DNA of 63,235 bases, the filler included, from Octopus bimaculoides (lineage: Eukaryota): the NCBI RefSeq assembly GCF_001194135.2. It is 5 parts of 5 records of this genome, joined end to end, with 100 filler letters (N's around TTAATTAATTAA, not from the genome) between each part and the next. Parts side by side here need not be neighbours in the genome. Positions count along the whole stretch, not along the records: positions 1 to 19,804 come from NC_068991.1; 4 more parts are not named here. One strand, 5' to 3'. The notes beneath the pieces are model-generated. The model ran no database searches. It had not been told where the DNA came from and worked only from the letters and a program-made list of their open reading frames with translations. Below, piece by piece: positions 1 to 11,768 of the stretch (positions within the stretch are counted from its first letter, which is position 1; each line of letters begins with the position of its first letter). Both the position numbers and the translations under genes were made by a program.

Positions 1-128
1 TGATATATATCGTGATAATTACATAATTTGAAATAAAACTCGTTATATTAAAACAGCGTACAATAAGATGACTGTTGGAATGCTATTATAATGTTTAACA
101 AATCAAATAATAGAGGTTTGAATTCAGT

Positions 129-222
129 GCCTCGGTAGCGCAGTAGGAAGCGCGTCAGTTTCATAATCAACAATTCATATAGAGGAATCTGAAGGTCTTG
201 AGTTCGATCCTCACCTGGGGCA
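129..222 (+). tRNA. tRNA-Met-CAT: Elongator tRNA-Met (anticodon CAT) with 21-nt intron at 166-186
   Basis: GCCTCGGTAGCGCAGTAGGAAGCGCGTCAGTTTCATA[ATCAACAATTCATATAGAGGA]ATCTGAAGGTCTTGAGTTCGATCCTCACCTGGGGCA. Removing 21 nt after position 37 gives a 73-nt cloverleaf matching eukaryotic tRNA-Met(e). A and B boxes intact; poly-T terminator from 229. Confidence 0.9.
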
Positions 223-1067
223 CGTAGCTTTTTTTTTTTTTCTTGAATGCTATGTAAAGCTTATTTTAAAAAGGGTGCTTTTAGATATTTACTAGATACT
301 ATATGATAATTTACTAGATATCTATATGATAATAGCCGATATAAATGTTAGCTAGTTGAGTTTTCTGCTCATAATTTACATCGCATAGAAAGAGATGGAG
401 AAGGAGTATAAGAAAGATACAAAGAGAGCTAACATAAGAGGTGCAGGATGAATGCACGTGATAGGCTTGGTGACAGACAGTAAGAGAGAAATAAGCATAG
501 AGACAGAAGAGAAGGAGAGGGAGTACATACATACATGACCAAACACAACATTCCTCAAATCTGACAACTACTATATTCCCCAGATCTTGCTCTTTATAAA
601 TTTTCCTTTCTTTAATCTCTCTGGCCCTTTGCTCCTATTTATTGAATGGGTAACGTATGATTGGTAATATTTGACTATAAGCAGAGAGAAGGTAAAATAA
701 ATAAATCTATAAATAAATTTATAAGTAAATGAATAAATAATCCAGGCACTGGCTCTCATAGCTTCTGATCTTAACTGATTGGAAGTGTTATCATGTACAT
801 TGTTCTGTCTTGTTATAAAAGATGGACTACAGCAAATATTCTACTCAATACCACAGATCTGCTGGTCAGTTGTTTGACCTTAACCAGCTGAGCATGTCCC
901 TTGGTGGCTGACGATATGTGTCTACTGGAGAAGTTACCTTAATCCTATAAAATATTACCAAAAGTGAAGTAGATCGACAAGTTCTTTTTTTTTAACCTGT
1001 AGAAGGCACGCTAGATATCCGAAATATCGTTCACTTGATAAAAATGGCACTCTTTCTTTTTTTTGCT

Positions 1068-1069
<2 letters not shown>

Positions 1070-1111
<42 letters not shown>

Positions 1112-1129
1112 CATAATAATAATAATAAT
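1070..1129 (+). repeat. (AAT)n microsatellite at the 5' junction of an R4/Dong fragment
   Basis: Direct inspection. Confidence 0.95.
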
Positions 1130-1130
1130 T

Positions 1131-1505
1131 GGCATAGGTGCCCTGGGAATGACAGACTAAAACAATACCTATTGTCATAGGTGCCCTGGGAATGACAGCG
1201 AAACGGGCTGATTACTACCTAGCTCAGATACCAGGAAACCCCAAAATGGCTGAAGTTCAAAAGATAGTGCTCATGGGAACTGCCCATATCCTACGTAAAA
1301 TATTGTCTATGTGATCTCAAATTTTAAAACAAACACATAATTTTCTTATGGTTTCTTAAACATTCCCTAGAACAACATTATGTACAAATCCAAATATATG
1401 GTAACCTAGGCATAACACCTACATGAACTTCTAACTTGTCTCTTCAGGTCTCTGGGTGAAACTTGGATCCAACTTGTACAAATGCAAAGCAAAGGTCAAA
1501 CATAA
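1131..1505 (+). mobile_element. 5'-truncated R4/Dong-like non-LTR retrotransposon 3' end (subfamily A)
   Basis: Translates IPIVIGALGMTAKRADYYLAQIPGNPKMAEVQKIVLMGTAHILRKILSM*, the C-terminus of a restriction-like endonuclease (RLE). 3' UTR ends in (AAT)n. Confidence 0.85.
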
Positions 1506-1539
1506 AATAATAATAATAATAACAATAATAATAATTTTG

Positions 1540-1800
1540 GCACAAGTTTTCAGGAAAAGGTGTAAGTCGATTACATCGCCCCCNNNNNNNNNNNNNNNNN
1601 NNNNNNNNNNNNNNNNNNNNNNNNNNNNNNNNNNNNNNNNNNNNNNNNNNNNNNNNNNNNNNNNNNNNNNNNNNNNNNNNNNNNNNNNNNNNNNNNNNNG
1701 ATGAAAGGCAATGTCGACCTCAGCGGAATGTGAACTCTGATCGTAAAGCCAGGAGAAATATCGCTAAAGAATTTGTCCGGCATACTAACGATTTTGCCTA
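1540..1800 (-). mobile_element. tRNA-derived SINE, family S1 (Deu/Nin-like central domain), gap-interrupted
   Basis: Similar to the complete copy at 5692-5922. Confidence 0.7.
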
Positions 1801-2556
1801 CTCACCACCTTGAACACAAAAATTAATAATAACTATTATTAATGTCTATAGATTCATTGGAGTTAGCTAAGAATTATCGAAGGAGCGTCAATTTTGTGCG
1901 CTTGGTCTTGTTGAAATAACGGCTATATGTCTTTCATATCAGACCATACTGTCTTCAAAAATTGAAGAATATCGTTGTAGTAGGCTTGACTAGTGGTTTA
2001 CTTGCAACTAGACTCACACGTCCACTTTTACGCAGGGAGAAAGTAACGAGTTAAGGAGATGATAGTTTCCATTTTACGCACACAGCCAGCAATATTGAGG
2101 AGAAGGATTAGTCTCTACTTGTTACTTGACCGTTACTTATTATATCGAACCTGAATGGGTTAAAGTTGAAATTGAACACGGCTAGATTTGATCTCAGGAC
2201 GGAAAGGACTGGAATAAATACTAGTAGGTAATTCTGCCGGTCTAGTAGTCTCCAGTGAGATGGCGGTTAGTCGGTTCCTGCGGGAAGAAAGATTATCTCC
2301 CTTGCACAATGAACTAGAGGGAAACAAAAATTAATATACTTGTATTGAAATTAGTTAACATATAATCAAATACTTATAAACATTAGTAATTGAAAGTTAA
2401 TTAGAGTTATTCAGAAAAAGTATTGAGATAAAATATGACATTATATTTTATCTCCATATGATTTGGAAATTTTAAAAATCTAACAAATATTTTTACATTC
2501 CGTTATAAAATAGGCGTTCATATGTCAGAAAATATATTTATTCAGTAAAAGTAGCG

Positions 2557-2606
2557 TGTCGCAGTTGAGGAACGAACTCACGACCTTCAGATTCCACAAC
2601 TGATTT
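2557..2606 (-). pseudogene. 3' half of a second intron-containing tRNA-Met; 5' half falls in the gap; probably a pseudogene
   Basis: Minus strand reads AAATCAGTTGTGGA-ATCTGAAGGTCGTGAGTTCGTTCCTCAACTGCGACA, then TTTT a few nt later. T-loop and acceptor strand carry mutations. Confidence 0.7.
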
Positions 2607-3285
2607 NNNNNNNNNNNNNNNNNNNNNNNNNNNNNNNNNNNNNNNNNNNNNNNNNNNNNNNNNNNNNNNNNNNNNNNNNNNNNNNNNNNNNNNNNNNNNN
2701 NNNNNNCAAAGTTCTTAACGCAAAGTAAACATCTAAAATCTCAAAGATGTCAAGAATGCTAATATCTCAGAACATTGTCTGAAAAGAACAACCATTGTAC
2801 ACAGAAGGAAAATAAAAAAAAAATTAAAAAAAAGGAATCAGAAAATGCAACCGAGAAGTAGTTTAATGTCTCAGTAACGGTCACACTACATGGAGGTTTT
2901 ACAATTTACTGTTATTATAGTTATAACAGAGAATAAAGCTACAACGAGGATCTTATTGTAATAAAGTCAGCCATATTGGTGGTGATTGGACGCGATCTGC
3001 TCGTTGTTTTTGGTTGTTGGTTTTCTAACGTGTTTTCTTATGTGTTTTGTATTTAATGTTTGCTGTCCAACACTATAGAGAGAAACAGAGACAGACATGC
3101 GCATTCCACCTTCTCCATGCAAAAATGACCAAATGCGTACACTGTTTTACAGATATACATTGAGATACAGACACAGTCACACACACTCATACACACACAC
3201 ACACACACACACAAACAAACAGACAAACACACACACAGATAGATGCAAACGCTGATACAGACACACACACACACTCATAGACTAC

Positions 3286-3336
<51 letters not shown>

Positions 3337-4740
3337 AAGGGAAAGAGAAACGAAGAACCACACACAAAAAGGTATGTATACATACAAAAACACATATAGG
3401 TTACATAGATACACACCTCTCATAAAACACTGACAAACATGGACGTATATGCGTATATAAAAAAAACATTAATAAATGCCATCTCTCACAGAAACCTACA
3501 TCCATATACATTAATAATTCGAACACACAACACAGACACACACACAAACACACACACACACGCATAATGCACACAAATGCCCTGACAAACATACATGCAT
3601 ACTCATATGTAAAAACATACATACTCACGCACGCACACATACATACATACATACATACATACATACATACATACATACATACAGAGATACACTCTCCCGT
3701 AGAATCACATATATTCATACTCACACACACAATACACACAGAAAGTAGCACATAAAACTTTATATGCATACACACAAGCACACATACATATAATCGCACA
3801 CAAACACAGACAAACACACACCACACACACACATACACCGCATAATACACGGACAAACACAAGCGTATATAAATATGTATAAAAATGCATACACACTCGT
3901 ACACACACATATATATATATATACATGCATACATACACACATTCACATACACGCACTACATNNNNNNNNNNNNNNNNNNNNNNNNNNNNNNNNNNNNNNN
4001 NNNNNNNNNNNNNNNNNNNNNNNNNNNNNNNNNNNNNNNNNNNNNNNNNNNNNNNNNNNNNNNNNNNNNNNNNNNNNNNNNNNNNNNNNNNNNNNNNNNN
4101 NNNNNNNNNNNNNNNNNNNNNNNNNNNNNNNNNNNNNNNNNNNNNNNNNNNNNNNNNNNNNNNNNNNNNNNNNNNNNNNNNNNNNNNNNNNNNNNNNNNN
4201 NNNNNNNNNNNNNNNNNNNNNNNNNNNNNNNNNNNNNNNNNNNNNNNNNNNNNNNNNNNNNNNNNNNNNNNNNNNNNNNNNNNNNNNNNNNNNNNNNNNN
4301 NNNNNNNNNNNNNNNNNNNNNNNNNNNNNNNNNNNNNNNNNNNNNNNNNNNNNNNNNNNNNNNNNNNNNNNNNNNNNNNNNNNNNNNNNNNNNNNNNNNN
4401 NNNNNNNNNNNNNNNNNNNNNNNNNNNNNNNNNNNNNNNNNNNNNNNNNNNNNNNNNNNNNNNNNNNNNNNNNNNNNNNNNNNNNNNNNNNNNNNNNNNN
4501 NNNNNNNNNNNNNNNNNNNNNNNNNNNNNNNNNNNNNNNNNNNNNNNNNNNNNNNNNNNNNNNNNNNNNNNNNNNNNNNNNNNNNNNNNNNNNNNNNNNN
4601 NNNNNNNNNNNNNNNNNNNNNNNNNNNNNNNNNNNNNNNNNNNNNNNNNNNNNNNNNNNNNNNNNNNNNNNNNNNNNNNNNNNNNNNNNNNNNNNNNNNN
4701 NNNNNNNNNNNNNNNNNNNNNNNNNNNNNNNNNNNNNNNN

Positions 4741-4927
4741 CAGTTACGCACTGGGGGTCGATTATATCGACTTAATCCGTTTGTCTGTCCTTGTTTGTCA
4801 CCTCTGTGTGTAGCCCCTTGTGGGTAGTAAAGAAATAACACATACGCACACTCACACACACAGATACAGACGCACATGCACGCACACACACACACGCAGA
4901 CACACATATATAGTATACATACATACG
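4741..4927 (+). repeat. Near-identical duplicate of 5827-6012 (S1 SINE 3' end plus CA-rich flank)
   Basis: The two segments match almost base for base, including the non-SINE flank. Confidence 0.9.
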
Positions 4928-5691
4928 TACACATTGTGTTTGTTTTTGTCATTGTCCTGTACGTTAGTTAGCTATTACCAGTGGCTTTGCACAGGCGCCA
5001 CCCAGGGGTGAACAATATCAGTGTGAAAGGGGCGAAATTGTAAGGATATCATTCGGCCGGTACTTATGTACTAAGTTTGATATTTACACAATATTGTTGT
5101 ATGAGTATATCATTCCGACTTACGTACATGCATACATAAATACATAATGCATAATACACACACATATANNNNNNNNNNCATACACACATTCACATACACG
5201 CACTACATACACCCATACAAACTACACGCACACTATAACATGCTCATACACACTACACATAGACTAACACACAAAAATATTTGCATGCATGCATGCATAC
5301 ATATAAGCACAGGCACTCGCAAACATATCGCATGAGCCCATACTAAAAAAAACAAACATATATGCTCGTAAAAATCTGACAAATATACATGCTCGCACTC
5401 ACGTACATACATGTACGCATACACATTCACACGCAAAACTAACACGCTTACACGCTCGCTCGATCGCACACACACACGCATATGGCGAAAACGAAAACAA
5501 AAATAATACAGGATGACAGGTTAAGTCTACTCTCAAATTTATGAGTTTGAAGGCCAGCGAAATGGAAAGAGTAAATTGATATAGCGTTTCGGATGTTGTC
5601 CTTTTTCGAAACAGAGGGTAAAGTGGAAAGAAAGGAAAAGAAAAAAAACGATGAGAAATATAAACATACATGTACACATACGCACACTAAA

Positions 5692-5922
5692 GGCGGCGAG
5701 CTGGCAGAAACGTTAGCACGCCGGGCGAAATGCTTGGCGGTATTTCGTCTGCCGCTACCTTCTGAGTTCAAATTCCGCCGAGGTCGACTTTGCCTTTCAT
5801 CCTTTCGGAGTCGATTAAATAAGTACCAGTTACGCACTGGGGGTCGATTATATCGACTTAATCCGTTTGTCTGTCCTTGTTTGTCCCCTCTGTGTGTAGC
5901 CCCTTGTGGGTAGTAAAGAAAT
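5692..5922 (+). mobile_element. Full-length S1 SINE
   Basis: tRNA-like head GGCGGCGAGCTGGCAGAAACGTTAGCACG...GAGTTCAAATTCC; central GCCTTTCATCCTTTCGGAGTCGATTAAATAAGTACCAG resembles the Deu/Nin domain. Many copies in this window. Confidence 0.85.
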
Positions 5923-7079
5923 AACACATACGCACACTCACACACACAGATACAGACGCACATGCACGCACACACACACACGCAGACACACATATATAGT
6001 ATACATACATACNNNNNNNNNNNNNNNNNNNNNNNNNNNNNNNNNNNNNNNNNNNNNNNNNNNNNNNNNNNNNNNNNNNNNNNNNNNNNNNNNNNNNNNN
6101 NNNNNNNNNNNNNNNNNNNNNNNNNNNNNNNNNNNNNNNNNNNNNNNNNNNNNNNNNNNNNNNNNNNNNNNNNNNNNNNNNNNNNNNNNNNNNNNNNNNN
6201 NNNNNNNNNNNNNNNNNNNNNNNNNNNNNNNNNNNNNNNNNNNNNNNNNNNNNNNNNNNNNNNNNNNNNNNNNNNNNNNNNNNNNNNNNNNNNNNNNNNN
6301 NNNNNNNNNNNNNNNNNNNNNNNNNNNNNNNNNNNNNNNNNNNNNNNNNNNNNNNNNNNNNNNNNNNNNNNNNNNNNNNNNNNNNNNNNNNNNNNNNNNN
6401 NNNNNNNNNNNNNNNNNNNNNNNNNNNNNNNNNNNNNNNNNNNNNNNNNNNNNNNNNNNNNNNNNNNNNNNNNNNNNNNNNNNNNNNNNNNNNNNNNNNN
6501 NNNNNNNNNNNNNNNNNNNNNNNNNNNNNNNNNNNNNNNNNNNNNNNNNNNNNNNNNNNNNNNNNNNNNNNNNNNNNNNNNNNNNNNNNNNNNNNNNNNN
6601 NNNNNNNNNNNNNNNNNNNNNNNNNNNNNNNNNNNNNNNNNNNNNNNNNNNNNNNNNNNNNNNNNNNNNNNNNNNNNNNNNNNNNNNNNNNNNNNNNNNN
6701 NNNNNNNNNNNNNNNNNNNNNNNNNNNNNNNNNNNNNNNNNNNNNNNNNNTATATATATATATATATATATATGTGTGCATGTTGTATGTGTGTTGTTTA
6801 TATTTCTGCACATATATTCAATGCACAACCACCACCACCATCCGTCTCCACCGCTACTTACCACAAGACTTCAATAACTATGTATGTGTGGGTTGTGTTT
6901 GAAATTGTGAATGTGTGTGTATGTATGTATGTATGTATGCATGTATGTATGTATGTATTCGCGTATATATGTATGTACGTATGTATGTACGTATGTATGT
7001 ACATATGCATGCATGTATGTATGTATGTAGGCATGCATGCATATATGTATGTATGTATGCATGCATATATATCTGTATG

Positions 7080-7186
<107 letters not shown>

Positions 7187-7744
7187 CACACACGCATAAA
7201 TGTATATATGTATATGAATGTCTTTGTCAATGGGTAGTCGTGTACGTGAATGTTTGTGCCAGTATGAATGTGTTTGTGTGTGTGTGTGTCTATGTGTGTG
7301 TATGAGTGTGAACCTGTGTGTATGTGTGTGTGTTTGAATAAGTATGTGTGTGCGTGTGTGTGCGTGTGTGTGTGTATACATATGTGAGTGTGCGTGTGTG
7401 TCCTTATGAATGGATCATTAGAAAATGCAGAAAAGATTTCTTAAGCCATAATTCTCCAAAGGGAAGTCGTTTTGTAAACTTCGTTTGTTTTAGGTTAGAA
7501 TTTATTAGACAAATGTGATCTCGTTACACAGTGAAGCTGTGACAGGAAAGAAGAGTTTATCGGGATTGTCCGTTCATTTATTCATTCCTTGATTCATTAA
7601 ATTTAATCTATCATCCTTTATCCACTCATTCATCAACTCATTCATTTAGTCATCTCGACTATCGATTAAGATACCTTGAAAGAATCGATCTATGAATAGT
7701 TTATATAGACGGCACAACAGACAAAATGCTTATTTGTATTCCTT

Positions 7745-8120
7745 CTGGCTTTACGTTCTGAGTTCAAATTCCGTCGAGATCGACCTAGTCTTTCCTGTTT
7801 TCGGGAAACGATAAAAGAAGCATCAGTTATGTACTGGGATCGATATAATCGGCTAAACCCCTCCTTAAAAATTTCAGGCCTTGTGCCTATTAGGAAAAAT
7901 AATTAATATTTTGCGTAAGGTGACGAGATGGCAGAATTGTTAGAGCGTTGGACAAAATACTCCTAACAGTATTTCTTCCGACACATGTTCTGAGGGGTTA
8001 ACTCATTATGTTCTGCGGTGTTAACTCTGCATTTCATCCCTCCAGAGTCAATAAAATAAAATAAAATACCAGTCAAGTACTGAAGTCGATATAATCTACT
8101 AACTCCCTCGCCTCAAAACT
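7745..8120 (+). mobile_element. Two adjacent decayed S1 SINE copies
   Basis: TTACGTTCTGAGTTCAAATTCCG and GGTGACGAGATGGCAGAATTGTTAG head motifs. Confidence 0.7.
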
Positions 8121-8134
8121 GTTAGCCTAATGAT

Positions 8135-8360
8135 TTGGGTATTGTACTCGTAATCGTAAGATCATGAGTACAATACTCGTGCCGGGCGGTGCGTTGTGTT
8201 CTTGAGCAAAACATTTCATTTCACTTTGCTCCAGTCCTCGCAGCAGTAAATAAGTTTCAGTAATAACGGGGCAGTTAGCAGCATCCTGCCCAGGGTAAAA
8301 TGTTGTAGCCTTAGTAATTTATATGCCAAGGAAATTGGGTTGGGCCCCGGCCTTCTGAGT
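8135..8360 (+). mobile_element. Decayed tRNA-derived SINE of a different family (possibly Meta/V-like)
   Basis: TGTGTTCTTGAGCAAAACATTTCATTTCACTTTGCTCCAG body. Family label is from recollection of SINE domains. Confidence 0.5.
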
Positions 8361-8490
8361 GCTAGCACACAGATCTAAATCGAGGTAATATAGATTGCTA
8401 CGTGCCCCGCTTTGTTTGAAAGTCAAAATTCAGAAACCATAAATAGAGCCTCAGATCAACCATATAACAGCATTATATTTTATCCTTTTA

Positions 8491-8695
8491 AGATGGCGAG
8501 CTGGCAGAATCGTTAGCACGCCGGGCGAAAAGCTTAGTGGCGTTTCTTTCATCGTTACGTTCTGAGTTCAAAGTAGACTTTGGCGTTCATCCTTCCGGGA
8601 TAGATAAAAGAAGTACTAGTTTATCATTGGGGGATCAATGTAATCGACTTACCCCTTTTTCCGTAATTAGTGGCCTTGTGCCAAAACGTGAAACC
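8491..8695 (+). mobile_element. S1 SINE
   Basis: GATGGCGAGCTGGCAGAATCGTTAGCACGCCGGGCG head and central domain. Confidence 0.85.
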
Positions 8696-9073
8696 ATTAT
8701 CTTTTACCCCTCGACATTTTGGGTTGCAAACCAACGGAGGTCACCGTTATCTTTAATCCCAACCCCGGACCAATAATAAAATTACCAGTCAAATTCTAAG
8801 ATAGATTTAATCATGGCACCTAGGGCAAGTGTCTCCTCGATTGCATTGCGAGTAGAAATTGGTAGACAGAAACTGCGAGGAATCTCTTTGTGTGAATATG
8901 TTTGTGATCACATGAATATATCCTTGTCTCTGTTTATATTTACTGGTGCGTCAACTTCCATCCCTGTTTGTGAAAAAAATACAAAGCAGACACAGTAGTA
9001 CATAGTCACAAAAACAAATACACAGACACACTCAGACATGCACACACAAGGAGACAGAGGTACACTCTCACAT

Positions 9074-9112
<39 letters not shown>

Positions 9113-9436
9113 NNNNNNNNNNNNNNNNNNNNNNNNNNNNNNNNNNNNNNNNNNNNNNNNNNNNNNNNNNNNNNNNNNNNNNNNNNNNNNNNNNNNNNNN
9201 NNNNNNNNNNNNNNNNNNNNNNNNNNNNNNNNNNNNNNNNNNNNNNNNNNNNNNNNNNNNNNNNNNNNNNNNNNNNNNNNNNNNNNNNNNNNNNNNNNNN
9301 NNNNNNNNNNNNNNNNNNNNNNNNNNNNCACAAACACATGAATATGCAGAATACATACATACAAACATACACACACACATATATATATATATATATACAT
9401 ATATACGCGCACACACACATACATGCATACACACAC

Positions 9437-9473
<37 letters not shown>

Positions 9474-9918
9474 AGCAGAAAATGGAGAAAACTTTAGATC
9501 AATAAACAAACAAATTGACTAACATCGATTAATTATTTTTAATACAAAACATAACATAACATTACATAAAATCTCTTACAGCCGTTTCGGCTGCCGATGT
9601 CAGTCGGTGCTTACGAAGAAAATTCCGAAAAAAATATTCGCCATCTTTATAGCACGTTCGATCTAGTACATGGAGCTCCATCAGAGTGAATACAAATACA
9701 AAAAATAAATAAAATAAAATAAACGAAAGGAAGGGGGAGAGGAAAGAACAGAGCCCCGAGATGAGCCAGAAGTCTCAATATATTAGAATCATACCATTTT
9801 GCAGTGTGTAGCTTGAAGTCGATAGGCAAAAGAGTGAACTAGCAAATGAATAGAGAAATAATGTATGGGTTATCCCTTTATGTAGGGGCTCCAGGGTGTA
9901 TAAAGAGTAGTAGGATAC

Positions 9919-9989
9919 GGACATATGGGGTAGTGGTTAAGAGCCCGCGATACTAAGTCTAGGATTCCGAGTTCGATTCCAGGTAGTGA

Positions 9990-10073
<84 letters not shown>

Positions 10074-10205
10074 CAACAACAACATCGAAAAATACCTTAG
10101 GAATGAGAGCCAACCTGATGAAGGCTGGAGGGTATATCTGCCGAAACGTTGGGTTAGCAACAAACAAGATGAGAACAAATATCCGACAAATGTAAATAAT
10201 GTAGA
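9919..10205 (+). mobile_element. tRNA-headed SINE/retrozyme-like element with internal (AAT)n and a hammerhead-like core at 10114-10149
   Basis: A box TGGGGTAGTGG, B box GAGTTCGATTC, then (AAT)n, then CTGATGA-A-GGCTG-gagggtatat-CTGCC-GAAAC-GTT. Second copy at 19105-19355. Confidence 0.75.
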
Positions 10206-10426
10206 AAGTGTCTAGCTTTTTATTATTTAGGGAGGAAATGATGCTGGCTAAGTTATGCGTGAGACTACAACTTATCTTTATTATTCTACTATTAATAAGT
10301 TTCGAATACCTGCTATTCTCATGAAAGTGTATACTTGTTATGTTAAATACTAGCTTAGCTAAGTCGGTCCTTATTTGCATCGCATATGGGAGTATAATCC
10401 AGTTAAAGTCTGCATGCATGTATATA

Positions 10427-11130
10427 CAGGGTGTTTCAAAAAAATTTGATATCATTGCACAATCTAATAACTTTGCCAATTCTTGTTCAAATGACTTCAA
10501 ATTTTAATAGCATGTGTAGAAACAGGTCAACATTTTATGTTTAATGTTTGATATGTTTATTTTTTCAGGTATAGAAATGGCATTCACTGGAAGAAAACAG
10601 GCGTTTTGTGTGCTGGAGTATACTTGAACACAGTAGAACAAGACTGTCCAGCGTGCATTTGTGAGAGAGTTCTCTAAAAAGTCACCAACGGCAATGCAGA
10701 TTTGGACATGGCACAAAAGAAATTCAAAGGGGAAGGCTGTCTGTGCAGGGCAAAAGGATCTGGACGACCACTAACATCGGATGAGATGGTCGAGCGGGTT
10801 CGCCAAAAACTCTTTCGAAGCCCCAAGAAGTTCATAAGAATAACAAGTCTGGAAACCCAGACTCCTCCAACGACAGTTTGGCGCGTCCCGAGGAAACGCT
10901 TGCTAATGAAACCCTACAAACTTCAGCTCATTTAGGCCATAACGGCAGATGACAAGCGAAAGCGCAAACAATTCTTTCTTGATGTGCAAGAAAAACTTGA
11001 AGAAGCCGAGTTCAAGGAACAACTTGTTTTCAGTGATGAGGCCACATTTCATACGAATGGCAAAGTCAATAAGCATAATGTTCGCATTTGGGGCGTAGAA
11101 AATCTCCATGCCACAGTTGAGCATTTGTGA
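10427..11130 (+). mobile_element. Tc1/mariner-superfamily remnant: left end plus 5' part of a disrupted transposase (10577-11130)
   Basis: TA-CAGGGTGTTTCAAAA terminus. Translation MAFTGRKQAFCVLEY...GSGRP...KPYKLQL...LVFSDEATFHTNGKVNKHNVRIWG with in-frame stops. No right TIR found. Confidence 0.85.
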
Positions 11131-11578
11131 AATCGCTCATGGAATCCGCATACCTTTGAATTTCTCATTTAAATTTAGAGGAATAAATCTTATGTTGCTC
11201 AACATTAAAGCCTTCAGATTGACCCACAATACGGCCTCTTTGAAATTCGGACAGTTCCAAGGTGGCATGATTAAACAGCCACTTAGAACCTAAAACATAA
11301 AAACGTCAATTATCAAAAAATATAAACTTTTCAAGTCAAAATAAACATAAACGATATTTTATGGGGTATACATTTACTTCTGTCATGTCTGTATATATAT
11401 ATAAGAAATGAGGAGGTTTCGCCAGGGTGACTCAAACTAATAGGCATGCATTCTGATTGTTCCAATAGGTGTGCCACTAAAATTCCGATTTGAATGGCAG
11501 TTGAAGTTGTGGTTTTGTGACTGCCTTATCCAAAGTGGCAACAAATGGCTTCCTCTTGAGTCTGTAGGTATAGGTAAT

Positions 11579-11768
11579 AGTAGAAAAGGAGAGGCAAATA
11601 ATTTGGCAAGACTTCATAAGGACATTTAATTTAATTTAGCTATATAATGAAAGGTAGAGATAATCTCTGACAGCTGTTTCTGGGGTATCCCAGAAACAGC
11701 TGCATAGCTAAATTAAATTAAATGTCTTTATCACAGCTTGCCAAATTGTTTGCTTCTCCTTTTCTACT
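11579..11768. repeat. About 190-bp foldback (inverted repeat)
   Basis: Arms 11579-11610/11737-11768 and 11621-11643/11704-11726 (perfect 23 bp). Central perfect 14-bp stem 11671-11702 with a GTAT loop. Confidence 0.9.
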
